The position numbers were made by a program, and so were the translations under genes. A model generated the notes under the pieces. The model was not told where the DNA came from, searched no databases, and saw only the letters and a program-made list of their open reading frames with translations. Of a DNA stretch of 23,179 bases, positions 1 to 7,098 are shown piece after piece. The stretch lies in UHGV virus genome UHGV-0124909, one strand, 5' to 3'. Each line of letters opens with the position of its first letter. Within the stretch, counting starts at the first letter, position 1. The stretch comes from a virus.

Positions 1-10
1 AGTTGCCATA

Positions 11-229
11 TCAGTTTTCCTTATACGGATTAATTTTATTGTGCAGTGTGTTGAACGACGCCCATACCACGTCGTTATACAATTCAATAACTGGTTCAAT
101 TATTTTCCCGATTGCCCAGACAAAAATTAGCGGGGATATCGGTATCATCAACACGATAAACAGAATGAGAAACAAAAGTTCTGTCGCTCTACTTTTTCGC
201 GGATATTCTTTTCTGAATAATGTAGGCAC
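11..229 (-). CDS. Hypothetical small membrane protein (72 aa, GTG start)
   Basis: ORF with hydrophobic core LLFLILFIVLMIPISPLIFVWAIG; preceded by the conserved AAAGGAGAGTGA junction (RBS plus upstream stop). Confidence 0.4.
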   Translation of the reverse strand: MPTLFRKEYPRKSRATELLFLILFIVLMIPISPLIFVWAIGKIIEPVIELYNDVVWASFNTLHNKINPYKEN

Positions 230-230
230 A

Positions 231-446
231 TCACTCTCCTTTGTTGCTTCTCAAAATTTTATGCCCTGGCGCAAAAGCACGCGTTTTGTCGACGCTTATT
301 CGCCACCCATCTTTACGTGCCTCTTTTGCACAGCCAGCCCATGACGTACCGATATACTCACCGAAGTCTGGCACTGGATATACACCTTCCGTACACTGGC
401 GGCAGTCACAATAGAGATGCATGGTGTAACTTGCGGCAATAGCCAT
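231..446 (-). CDS. Hypothetical Cys-rich small protein (71 aa)
   Basis: Start MAIAASYTMHLYCDCRQCTEG at the ATG 1 nt after the upstream gene's TGA; AGGAG RBS in the conserved junction; ends in KGE encoded by the next junction. Confidence 0.45.
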   Translation of the reverse strand: MAIAASYTMHLYCDCRQCTEGVYPVPDFGEYIGTSWAGCAKEARKDGWRISVDKTRAFAPGHKILRSNKGE

Positions 447-459
447 ATCACTCTCCTTT
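442..459 (-). repeat. Conserved gene-junction sequence (copy 2 of 3)
   Basis: Exact 18-mer GCCATATCACTCTCCTTT (plus strand) shared with 1104-1121; on the minus strand it reads AAAGGAGAGTGATATGGC, i.e. KGE-stop, RBS and next ATG. Confidence 0.8.
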
Positions 460-834
460 ACCCTGAAGCATGGCGGCGCGGCAGGCATTCCAGCCTCTCA
501 CCTCTGCAATAGCGGCAACAGCATCAACCGCGTACATGCTAAGAGGATTAGGCATTGGTTTTTCTTCCGGTACTACTGGAACGGGTGGAGCGGCGTAGAC
601 CTCAATAATTCCATTATCAATAGGCCATTCTCCATCCTTGAGGTAGTCACTTGTGCCGTCAACTTGCTGTTCTGCAATGTGGAATGCACCTATTGGTTTT
701 GCTTCCAGTGATGCCAGCGCAATCCGTGCCAGCTCTTCCGCTTCTTCTGCTGGCAGTACAACGTTGCTACCAGGTCCGTATGTTTCGCGCCACTGCCTGA
801 TTGTCAGCAGTCGCTCTTTGGTAATAGTGGTCAT
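448..834 (-). CDS. Hypothetical early-left protein (128 aa)
   Basis: ORF MTTITKERLL... with AGGAG RBS upstream; C-terminus KGE* lies in the conserved junction. Confidence 0.55.
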   Translation of the reverse strand: MTTITKERLLTIRQWRETYGPGSNVVLPAEEAEELARIALASLEAKPIGAFHIAEQQVDGTSDYLKDGEWPIDNGIIEVYAAPPVPVVPEEKPMPNPLSMYAVDAVAAIAEVRGWNACRAAMLQGKGE

Positions 835-844
835 GTGTTACTCC

Positions 845-1108
845 TTAACCCGCAGTGCTTTCAACTGATGAGGGGAACAAAATCTTTTCATCAAACCCTG
901 CATTCATATCATGAACAGCAACACACCAATCCATCGACGAACGATTATCAAGAGCCTCCATGATTTCATCCATGCGGCGTAGGTCATACAGGTAAATGCT
1001 TTTATCGCCAATGGTGTAAAAACCAATTTTTTTCGGTGATGGGCAGCGATCAAGAACGTCCTGTAATTCGCTCAACCATGCTTGTTCTTTTTTTGTCAAA
1101 GTTGCCAT
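845..1108 (-). CDS. Hypothetical early-left protein (87 aa)
   Basis: Start MATLTKKEQ at the ATG immediately after the junction AAAGGAGAGTGAtATG; the listed ORF 845..1150 is trimmed to this RBS-supported start. Confidence 0.5.
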   Translation of the reverse strand: MATLTKKEQAWLSELQDVLDRCPSPKKIGFYTIGDKSIYLYDLRRMDEIMEALDNRSSMDWCVAVHDMNAGFDEKILFPSSVESTAG

Positions 1109-1121
1109 ATCACTCTCCTTT
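1104..1121 (-). repeat. Conserved gene-junction sequence (copy 3 of 3)
   Basis: Identical 18-mer to 442-459; a variant (GCACATCACTCTCCTTT) is at 226-242. Confidence 0.8.
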
Positions 1122-1667
1122 GATGCCAATGCCAGCGGCGCGGGAATCATCCCATCGCTTTACTTCTTCACGAATTACGTCAATGCATTCTTTCGAATCC
1201 ATTAGGTAATCTTCATCAAAAAGACGTTCCTGTTCGTTTTCTATCGCAACAATGATTGCTTCAACTAACTTTTGTGCCTGAGAACCACTTTCTAACTCTG
1301 CTATGCGCTTACTCCCATCAGAGATAACACCTTCGTAATACTCACGCTGCTCGTTGAGTTTTGATTTTGCTGCTTCCAGCTCAACGCGCAACTTCCCTAC
1401 CGTTAGTGCAATATCCTCGTTCTCCTGGTCGCGGGATTTGATGTATTGCTGGTTCCTTTCCCGTTCATCCAGTAGTGCCAAAGCAATCTTTGGATTAAAG
1501 GCAGCAATAAATTCAGCGTTGTTTTTCAGAACGTGTTGCGCAATGGCCTGACTACTTAGTCGGACCTCATAACCACGTGCGCCACGGTGTGGTTTATATG
1601 AGTCCCAGTCTCCCCACGTTGCTTTTTCTGCCGCCTCACGCAGTACCTGATAGTCAATCTTGCTCAC
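1110..1667 (-). CDS. Coiled-coil early-left protein (Ea22/Ead-like position), about 185 aa
   Basis: ORF 1110..1688 trimmed to the GTG at 1667, which has an AGGAGG RBS 6 nt upstream. Heptad-rich region [20 protein letters not shown]. Family assignment is tentative. Confidence 0.45.
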   Translation of the reverse strand: MSKIDYQVLREAAEKATWGDWDSYKPHRGARGYEVRLSSQAIAQHVLKNNAEFIAAFNPKIALALLDERERNQQYIKSRDQENEDIALTVGKLRVELEAAKSKLNEQREYYEGVISDGSKRIAELESGSQAQKLVEAIIVAIENEQERLFDEDYLMDSKECIDVIREEVKRWDDSRAAGIGIKGE

Positions 1668-1864
1668 TGGTTGCCTCCTTTGCGCCACATCGCATTCAGA
1701 TATTTGTTTTGATTCACTGAAGGAAAAGAATTTCTCTTAAGCAATTCCTCTCTCGATGGCATTGGCTTTACGCGTTGGCGAATAATCATTTCTGCCGGAA
1801 GAATGCCGGGATTGTATGCACGTCCTCTCATGGTAAATTCCTCAGTCATTACTGATAGCGCCAT
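1664..1864 (-). CDS. Hypothetical small protein (start uncertain)
   Basis: Downstream part of ORF 1664..1981 that does not overlap the Abc2-like gene; its stop overlaps the next gene's GTG start (GTGA). Confidence 0.3.
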   Translation of the reverse strand: MALSVMTEEFTMRGRAYNPGILPAEMIIRQRVKPMPSREELLKRNSFPSVNQNKYLNAMWRKGGNQ

Positions 1865-2135
1865 AGCGTGAGCGGTAATTACGCAGGCGCGGGTCAATTT
1901 CAGGGAAGTGGGTATATGTGGCTTTGCGGAATGGTCGGATTGATGTCTGGTAAATTCGCTCGCGTTCTTCTTTCTCTGCAAGCCATATACAGTGGCGAAA
2001 TTCCTTTTCCTCTTTCGTTTCCTGCGGTAGAGACATTATTCGATCGTAGTTTTTTCTGAATTTATCCAGCACCTCCGATACGGAATTGCCGGAACAGCGG
2101 CGCGCGTCATCCGCACCATACAAAGGCGCTGGCAT
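1842..2135 (-). CDS. abc2: Anti-RecBCD protein Abc2-like (97 aa)
   Basis: [10 protein letters not shown]...[21 protein letters not shown] matches my recollection of P22 Abc2 in length and sequence; sits in the recombination module next to erf. Confidence 0.55.
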   Translation of the reverse strand: MPAPLYGADDARRCSGNSVSEVLDKFRKNYDRIMSLPQETKEEKEFRHCIWLAEKEERERIYQTSIRPFRKATYTHFPEIDPRLRNYRSRYGAISND

Positions 2136-2158
2136 AATGGAATCCTTATTTTGCTAAT

Positions 2159-2542
2159 CTAGAAGGGAATTGAATCGTCGTATTCAGGATGATTTTGATG
2201 ATTGCTACTTTGTTGCTGTTGGTTGTTTCCTGAAGTTGCAAATCCAATCTTTGCATTCAGTAATTCAAGAGTGATTGATTGACCATTTTGCCCCTGATAA
2301 ACATCAACCCTGATGTTTTCTCCGGTAATTTCTACAATGCCACCTTCAACCAGAACGCTACGGTAGTAATCCGCTTGCGCTCCCGGCTTGGCAAATACAA
2401 CGGCGCTGTAGTTTGTCCATTCTTTCTTTTTTGTCTGGCGATCGTAATACTGAACGCCAGCACGGATGTTGAATCCGATATTTTCCCCGGCCTGAAACTC
2501 TCTTGCGGGCTTGTTTAGTCTTACAGTAATCGAATGTGCCAT
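2159..2542 (-). CDS. SSB-like single-stranded DNA-binding protein (127 aa)
   Basis: Start MAHSITV overlaps the erf stop (TAATG). OB-fold-like body and C-terminal acidic tip ...EYDDSIPF resembling the SSB tail DDDIPF. Confidence 0.6.
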   Translation of the reverse strand: MAHSITVRLNKPAREFQAGENIGFNIRAGVQYYDRQTKKKEWTNYSAVVFAKPGAQADYYRSVLVEGGIVEITGENIRVDVYQGQNGQSITLELLNAKIGFATSGNNQQQQSSNHQNHPEYDDSIPF

Positions 2543-3147
2543 TAAGCAGCCGCCCCTTCTAATTCGTCTCGTCTGATGTTGTAAACGTCCTGCGCTTTTT
2601 GCTGCTCCGGTGTGCCTTCGAGCATCTTCCACGCTTTGGCGAACGCCTGTTTAAGCTCTTCCACGGTGTTTTTCTGCAATGCTGCGTCAGTGAATGCTTT
2701 TAGAACCTGTTCAGGTGTAGGTGATGGTTTTGATTGCTTTGCTGCTGCGTTCTGCTGATGTTTATGCTCGTCTGTATCTGCATCTTTCGCATCATCAATG
2801 CCGAACAAACCATTGAGGCAATACTTGCGTGCATAAGAGCTTGTAGCTCCCGTAACTTGTGCAGAATCCATTCCTTTCTTGCTTTCTTCCTCTCGTGCAA
2901 GAGCGGTTGCCGTATGGCTGTTTTCGCCATCGGTAATAGTTGCCGTGGCTTTCACGTAATACCGATCACCAATCAACACAACTTCATCGCTGATTGATAA
3001 AAACAGACCATTCAGTAACGGCTTAACGCCTTCAAGAATATCTTCGCAGCTTCTGTATTTATATTTACCGAATGAGTTGTACTGATTCTTTGGCGCGTTC
3101 AGATTCTCCTGAATGGCTGCCAGCCTTGCATAAAATTCTTTGCTCAT
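2542..3147 (-). CDS. erf: Erf-family single-strand annealing recombinase (201 aa)
   Basis: MSKEFYARLAAIQENLNAPKNQYNSFGKYKYRSCEDILEG... closely matches remembered P22 Erf; position in the PL-operon recombination module. Confidence 0.75.
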   Translation of the reverse strand: MSKEFYARLAAIQENLNAPKNQYNSFGKYKYRSCEDILEGVKPLLNGLFLSISDEVVLIGDRYYVKATATITDGENSHTATALAREEESKKGMDSAQVTGATSSYARKYCLNGLFGIDDAKDADTDEHKHQQNAAAKQSKPSPTPEQVLKAFTDAALQKNTVEELKQAFAKAWKMLEGTPEQQKAQDVYNIRRDELEGAAA

Positions 3148-3248
3148 ATGTTTGTTCTCAGAATGGACATGGCCAAAGGAAATAACGCTGATTTAATACT
3201 TCGACTCGGGACAAATTAAGGCATACCCGCATTCCTTCGCGGTCGCCA

Positions 3249-3407
3249 TTATGGCGATACCAGAGAGCTTTCTGCGTGTACATGCGTCTCTGTAACTTGC
3301 TCTCCTTTACTGTGGTTGCAAGTGACATGAATATCTCCTTCGTTACCGATTAATTCTTTCATCTGACGAATGAATTCTTCGTCTGACCAGTTATCTGTAA
3401 AACTCAT
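3249..3407 (-). CDS. Hypothetical small protein at the kil position (52 aa)
   Basis: Start MSFTDNWSDEEF is coupled to the cIII-like stop by an ATGA overlap. No similarity to lambda Kil recognised. Confidence 0.35.
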   Translation of the reverse strand: MSFTDNWSDEEFIRQMKELIGNEGDIHVTCNHSKGEQVTETHVHAESSLVSP

Positions 3408-3574
3408 GGACGGCCTTGTTGTTTCAAAATATCCCAAAGCTTTTCGAGCAAACTTTTCATTCTTGGTTGTTTAAAGTCTGCTCCGGTTAAAATGTTTTTT
3501 CGTGAATGCTGTACCGATAAAATCGGGTTGAAAGGGCGAACCGATGCCGCCCCTGCAATAGCGAACTGTTGCAT
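3404..3574 (-). CDS. cIII: cIII-like regulator (FtsH protease inhibitor), 56 aa
   Basis: MQQFAIAGAAS...LLEKLWDILKQQGRP resembles lambda CIII (MQYAIAGW...); AGGAG RBS 7 nt upstream of the ATG at 3574. Longer listed ORF trimmed. Confidence 0.6.
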   Translation of the reverse strand: MQQFAIAGAASVRPFNPILSVQHSRKNILTGADFKQPRMKSLLEKLWDILKQQGRP

Positions 3575-3640
3575 AGGATGCTCCTTCTGTTTGATTGCAT
3601 AACGAAAACGCCTCGAGTGAAGCGTTATTGGTATGCATAT

Positions 3641-3665
3641 AAAAAGGCCCCCCACATCGGAGGGC
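3641..3665 (-). terminator. Putative intrinsic terminator upstream of cIII (tL-like)
   Basis: Minus strand GCCCTCC-GATGT-GGGGGGC (7 bp, one G.U) followed by CTTTTT. Confidence 0.45.
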
Positions 3666-3760
3666 AAAGAAGATTTCCAATAATCAGAACAAGTCGGCTC
3701 CTGTTTAGTTACGAGCGACATTGCTCCGTGTATTCACTCGTTGGAATGAATACACAGTGC

Positions 3761-3964
3761 TTATTCGCGAGCTTTGAGCATTGCGTCTGCAAACTTATAT
3801 GCAGCGCTTGCTGCATAATTAACAACTCCATCAGAATCATTATCGATAATCGATGGATTGCTAATCATTGCTTGCATAGCCTTTGCCGCGAAGTAATCGC
3901 GTAATGTCGCATCACTTGCCATTTCTGGGCGTTTGATATCTGCTTCATAAAACTCGCACATCAT
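3761..3964 (-). CDS. Hypothetical protein (67 aa)
   Basis: ATGA overlap with the upstream gene; strong RBS GGGAGGTGA. Confidence 0.45.
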   Translation of the reverse strand: MMCEFYEADIKRPEMASDATLRDYFAAKAMQAMISNPSIIDNDSDGVVNYAASAAYKFADAMLKARE

Positions 3965-4257
3965 TCACCTCCCAGAGCCTTGCTGATTGCTGCAAGACCT
4001 TTATTAACAGCTCCATACCATTCTGGATATGTTGTCGTTGTTCTATTTTTGGATTGCTTAAGTAATAACTGAAGTGCTTCGAGAAGGTCAGGTGCTGCCG
4101 CTATTAGATTGGCATCTTCAATACATTGAACTACCTCACAGATTGCAATATACGAACGCCAGCCTGCGCCATTTTCAAGTGAGTCTGCCTGGATTATTTT
4201 AATCTCATCGCCATCCATCATTATTTCCCACTTGCCTTCAGTACCTTTAAATTCCAT
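3961..4257 (-). CDS. Hypothetical protein (98 aa)
   Basis: ORF with a GAGG RBS; intrinsic terminator immediately upstream on the minus strand. Confidence 0.5.
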   Translation of the reverse strand: MEFKGTEGKWEIMMDGDEIKIIQADSLENGAGWRSYIAICEVVQCIEDANLIAAAPDLLEALQLLLKQSKNRTTTTYPEWYGAVNKGLAAISKALGGE

Positions 4258-4278
4258 GTTAGCCTCTGTTGTTTATGC

Positions 4279-4305
4279 CAAAAATAAAGGCCGACTATGC
4301 GGCCT
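4279..4305 (-). terminator. Intrinsic terminator within the PL operon
   Basis: Minus strand AGGCCG-CATAGT-CGGCCT followed by TTATTTTTGG; the hairpin overlaps the stop of ORF 4304..4774. Confidence 0.65.
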
Positions 4306-4774
4306 AGTAGAATACCCAATTTTCTGTTTCTTGGTTGTGTCCAAAGTTATATTCAATATCTGGTGTTGATGTATCAATATTCTTCATCCCATCAACAAGA
4401 GTTGATACAACAGCCAAATCTTGTTTGATTCTCATTAAATGGTATTTCTTCCGGCGCAATAAACTTTCAATGGCAAGTTTCTTCGTTGGGAATGCAAAAG
4501 ATCTTTCTGCATTTTTTGCTACTTTCTTAATTGCATATCTATTTCTCCTTTGTTTCCATTCCTGTAACCACTGATTTGGTGCTGGTTTAAAATTAACAAT
4601 CCAATGCGCAGGAACCAACCATGCATAATGCTCTGTCTGATGAAAAGCTATATATTGAAGTGCGAATATTTTTATCCCATCTTCTTCAACTGTCGCCTGG
4701 AATCTCCAGAAAACAGGCATTCCATCATGTTCAGTTTCTGATTCAGGAAAAGGTACGCTCCATGATTTTGTCAT
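4304..4774 (-). CDS. Hypothetical accessory protein (156 aa), AT-rich
   Basis: RBS GAGGTGAgat-ATG; visibly lower GC than flanking phage genes; terminator hairpin overlaps its stop. No recognisable motif. Confidence 0.55.
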   Translation of the reverse strand: MTKSWSVPFPESETEHDGMPVFWRFQATVEEDGIKIFALQYIAFHQTEHYAWLVPAHWIVNFKPAPNQWLQEWKQRRNRYAIKKVAKNAERSFAFPTKKLAIESLLRRKKYHLMRIKQDLAVVSTLVDGMKNIDTSTPDIEYNFGHNQETENWVFY

Positions 4775-4828
4775 ATCTCACCTCAAATAAGTGGTTTGCT
4801 GCGAAAGTAAATACGCTTAAGTTACCTG

Positions 4829-4966
4829 TTATTTATCCCACCAAGTTCCGTATCTATCTATCCAGTTACACCAATCATCGACACTCCATTTTGTCGTGTC
4901 GCATTTTGGCAACTGGCATGAATATCTACCTTCTTTGTAAAGTCGACGTTTGACTTTCTTGAGCAT
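4829..4966 (-). CDS. Small Cys/Trp-rich hypothetical protein (45 aa)
   Basis: Hand-translated: MLKKVKRRLYKEGRYSCQLPKCDTTKWSVDDWCNWIDRYGTWWDK. Has the same RBS GAGGTGAgcc-ATG as the neighbouring gene. Not in the ORF track because it is under 60 aa. Confidence 0.3.
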   Translation of the reverse strand: MLKKVKRRLYKEGRYSCQLPKCDTTKWSVDDWCNWIDRYGTWWDK

Positions 4967-4974
4967 GGCTCACC

Positions 4975-5076
4975 TCAATCGTAATAAGCTGGAATTGATT
5001 TTCCGCGTTGCTTCTGGCGACCAACACAAGTCACACCCATTTCACTGCGTGGCTTGCTGTAATAAATTCGGTTAGT
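4975..5076 (-). pseudogene. Relic 3' end of an N-antiterminator gene (N C-terminal fragment)
   Basis: Minus-strand frame reads TNRIYYSKPRSEMGVTCVGRQKQRGKSIPAYYD*, resembling the remembered lambda N C-terminus (...WYSKPGERGITCSGRQKIKGKSIPLI) and the C-terminus of the intact N here. No N-terminal part is present. Confidence 0.5.
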
Positions 5077-5085
5077 TCAGACAAT

Positions 5086-5105
5086 AAAAAACCCACCGAA
5101 GTGGG
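5086..5105 (-). terminator. Intrinsic terminator within the PL operon (tL1-like)
   Basis: Minus strand CCCAC-TTCG-GTGGG followed by TTTTTT, abutting the stop of ORF 5106..5444. Confidence 0.7.
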
Positions 5106-5444
5106 CTATGACCATTTTTTATTTGGATTTCGTTGGTGAGCGTGATTAACAACTCTGTGCATTACATCCTCATATTTTTCATCTTCAATTTTTTCGACAT
5201 CGCGAGGAAATGGTGTTGCTAATGCTTTGTCAACTTTATCCATTGGGTCTTCATTAATCTTATATTCAGGACCGTCATCTATAGCATTAAATCCAGGTGT
5301 TACACCGTTTTTTAATGCATATGCTATCCTCTTTTCCCATCTCGCTATTCTCCTCCTGTCTCGAGATGTAAGACCTCTATCAGATACTTTTCTGTTTTGT
5401 CCGCGGTCAGGATTAACATAAATAGTCTTTTTCACCATAAGCAT
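5106..5444 (-). CDS. Hypothetical protein (about 112 aa), AT-rich
   Basis: ORF directly downstream of N (2-nt gap), followed by an intrinsic terminator. Listed start is TTG; first ATG is at 5444. Confidence 0.5.
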   Translation of the reverse strand: MLMVKKTIYVNPDRGQNRKVSDRGLTSRDRRRIARWEKRIAYALKNGVTPGFNAIDDGPEYKINEDPMDKVDKALATPFPRDVEKIEDEKYEDVMHRVVNHAHQRNPNKKWS

Positions 5445-5446
5445 AC

Positions 5447-5752
5447 TCAATAAGCACCGTACGGTAGTTTACTGTACAATTTTATTTTTTGGACTGCATG
5501 TATTTTGTTTCCTAATGGGTTTGAATCTTTGTAATAAATACTTCTATTTTTTCGAACAACTTCTTCTTTCTTCTTGCAGCAAAGGATTCCTAGTGATGCT
5601 GCTTTGTCTGCTTTGACGCAACCAGAGAGCTTTAGCGCAATTTTTCGCGCCAGTGCTTCATTACTGCGTCGCTCGGCAATAAGTTCTGCTCTGCGAGCTT
5701 TGTAGCGGCTTTTTGCCGTACCTTTGGATTCTTTCCAGACAATGGTTACCAT
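5447..5752 (-). CDS. N: N-family transcription antiterminator (phage-21-type arginine-rich motif)
   Basis: Start MVTIVWKES with AGGAG RBS. N-terminal arginine-rich motif GTAKSRYKARRAELIAERR matches the remembered phage 21 N peptide. First gene of the PL operon, with nutL upstream. Confidence 0.75.
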   Translation of the reverse strand: MVTIVWKESKGTAKSRYKARRAELIAERRSNEALARKIALKLSGCVKADKAASLGILCCKKKEEVVRKNRSIYYKDSNPLGNKIHAVQKIKLYSKLPYGAY

Positions 5753-5862
5753 GATGGTCTCCTTTAAGTGGCTTTGGCGCATGACGCGTCGAGGTGCTTA
5801 TCTTCTCGATCGCTGTCTTGCAGCTGCAATTCGCGCCATCCCCAAAACCACTCAAGTTCTGG

Positions 5863-5902
5863 TCTCAACGGTTAGGTTGAGAGTCCGTCGATGTTAAAGA
5901 GC
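5863..5902 (-). promoter_or_regulatory. nutL (boxA plus boxB)
   Basis: Minus strand boxA GCTCTTTAA (5894-5902) followed by hairpin TCTCAAC-CTAACC-GTTGAGA (5863-5882), between PL and N. Confidence 0.6.
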
Positions 5903-5948
5903 CTGCCAATCTGTTCCGTTTGGCTTCCAGCGTCCTGCTGATGGCTTA

Positions 5949-5977
5949 AATTTAAGACTTCTTAATTTATTGGTCAA
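5949..5977 (-). promoter_or_regulatory. PL promoter with overlapping OL operator
   Basis: Minus strand -35 TTGACC (5972-5977) and -10 TAAATT (5949-5954) with a 17-bp spacer; operator-like TTAAG-N4-CTTAA at 5950-5967. Confidence 0.6.
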
Positions 5978-6044
5978 GTGCATTTTTGAAGAAAACTTAA
6001 TTTTATGGGCGTGAATTTAGTTTGTCTTTGATTTTTAACGGGAA

Positions 6045-6066
6045 ATAAAAAAGGGGCGAAAGCCCC
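6045..6066 (-). terminator. Intrinsic terminator immediately after the repressor gene
   Basis: Minus strand GGGGC-TTTC-GCCCC followed by TTTTTTAT, directly after the cI/c2 stop codon. Confidence 0.8.
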
Positions 6067-6717
6067 TTAAGGAAGGTTTGCTAGCTTGGCATCAACGACA
6101 ACGCCAATGATTTTACAGTTCCCATTGATTTCAATCATTGGGTATTGTGGATTGAGTGGTTTCAGGAATTTTCTACCGGCATCAATAACTAACTTTTTGA
6201 ATGTCGCCTCGTTTTCCCCTTCAAGTTTGGCGACTACCAGCTTTCCATTACGTGGTTCGACTTCTGGGTCGACGAGAATAATCATCCCCTCAGGAATACT
6301 CAGTCCTGCCGGGGCAGTCATTGAATCGCCTTTAACGTCGAGCCAAAAAGAGTCTTCAGAACAATCTACCGTTGTGTCGTACCAGTTATCTATTGCACGC
6401 CTATGATATGGCTCTACAGCTTCCATCCAACATCCTGCGCTTACCCAACTAATTAGAGGATACGAACCTCTTGGATCATGCCTGCTGTGATAGGCAATGT
6501 TTGAAAGACTATCCTCTCCTTTCAATAGGTAATCAGGGGAGCACTGCAAAGCCTTGGCTAAGGCCAATAGGTTTTCGCCATTGGGCTCAGTTTCAGATCG
6601 CTCCCATTGGGAAATAGCAACATTAGACACGCCAACCATCTTGCCAAGGGCAGCCTGCCTAATCTTGAGTTCTTTTCTGCGAGCGCGAATACGCTCACCC
6701 ATCAGTTGTGTATTCAT
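6067..6717 (-). CDS. c2: Prophage repressor, P22 C2 / lambda cI family (HTH plus LexA-like S24 autopeptidase domain)
   Basis: MNTQLMGERIRARRKELKIRQAALGKMVGVSNVAISQWER... (HTH), Ala-Gly cleavage region and C-terminal ...GDSMTAPAG...KLVVAKLEGENEATFKKL. Near-identical to my recollection of P22 C2. Confidence 0.9.
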   Translation of the reverse strand: MNTQLMGERIRARRKELKIRQAALGKMVGVSNVAISQWERSETEPNGENLLALAKALQCSPDYLLKGEDSLSNIAYHSRHDPRGSYPLISWVSAGCWMEAVEPYHRRAIDNWYDTTVDCSEDSFWLDVKGDSMTAPAGLSIPEGMIILVDPEVEPRNGKLVVAKLEGENEATFKKLVIDAGRKFLKPLNPQYPMIEINGNCKIIGVVVDAKLANLP

Positions 6718-6790
6718 AGTTAAGACATCTTAAATAAACTTGACTTAAGATTCCTTTGGTGGATAATTTAAGTGTTCTTTAATTTCGGAG
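6718..6790 (+). promoter_or_regulatory. OR operator region with PR (and divergent PRM)
   Basis: Three operator-like sites with TTAAG...CTTAA symmetry (6718-6735, about 6744-6761, 6766-6783); PR -35 TTGACT (6740-6745) and -10 GATAAT (6762-6767). Confidence 0.7.
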
Positions 6791-6797
6791 CGAGTCT

Positions 6798-6983
6798 ATG
6801 TACAAAAAAGATGTTATTGACCACTTCGGAACCCAGCGTGCTGTTGCTAAAGCACTAGGCATTAGCGATGCAGCAGTCTCTCAGTGGAAAGAAGTTATCC
6901 CAGAGAAAGACGCCTATCGATTGGAAATCGTTACAGCTGGCGCCCTGAAGTATCAAGAAAGTGCTTACCGCCAAGCGGCATAA
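6798..6983 (+). CDS. cro: Cro repressor (P22-type, 61 aa)
   Basis: MYKKDVIDHFGTQRAVAKALGISDAAVSQWKE... HTH protein divergent from the repressor across the OR operators; GGAG RBS. Confidence 0.85.
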   Translation: MYKKDVIDHFGTQRAVAKALGISDAAVSQWKEVIPEKDAYRLEIVTAGALKYQESAYRQAA

Positions 6984-6989
6984 GCAAAT

Positions 6990-7030
6990 TGCTCTTTAAC
7001 AGTTCTGGCCTTTCACCTCTAACCGGGTGA
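6990..7030 (+). promoter_or_regulatory. nutR (boxA plus boxB)
   Basis: boxA TGCTCTTTAA (6990-6999) and boxB hairpin TCACC-TCTAACCG-GGTGA (7013-7030), between cro and cII; resembles phage-21-type nut sites. Confidence 0.65.
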
Positions 7031-7098
7031 GCAAACATCAGCGGCAAATCCATTGGGTGTGCCGCTATAACTCAATATCAATATAGGAAAATTAACAA

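Noticed and set aside
3-344. Plus-strand ORF of 113 aa at the window start
   Set aside because: It runs antisense to two minus-strand ORFs that carry the conserved RBS junction, and has no RBS or translational coupling of its own.
6086-6406. Plus-strand ORF of 106 aa inside the repressor gene
   Set aside because: Antisense to the well-supported cI/C2-like coding sequence; Ser/Leu-rich composition typical of a shadow ORF.
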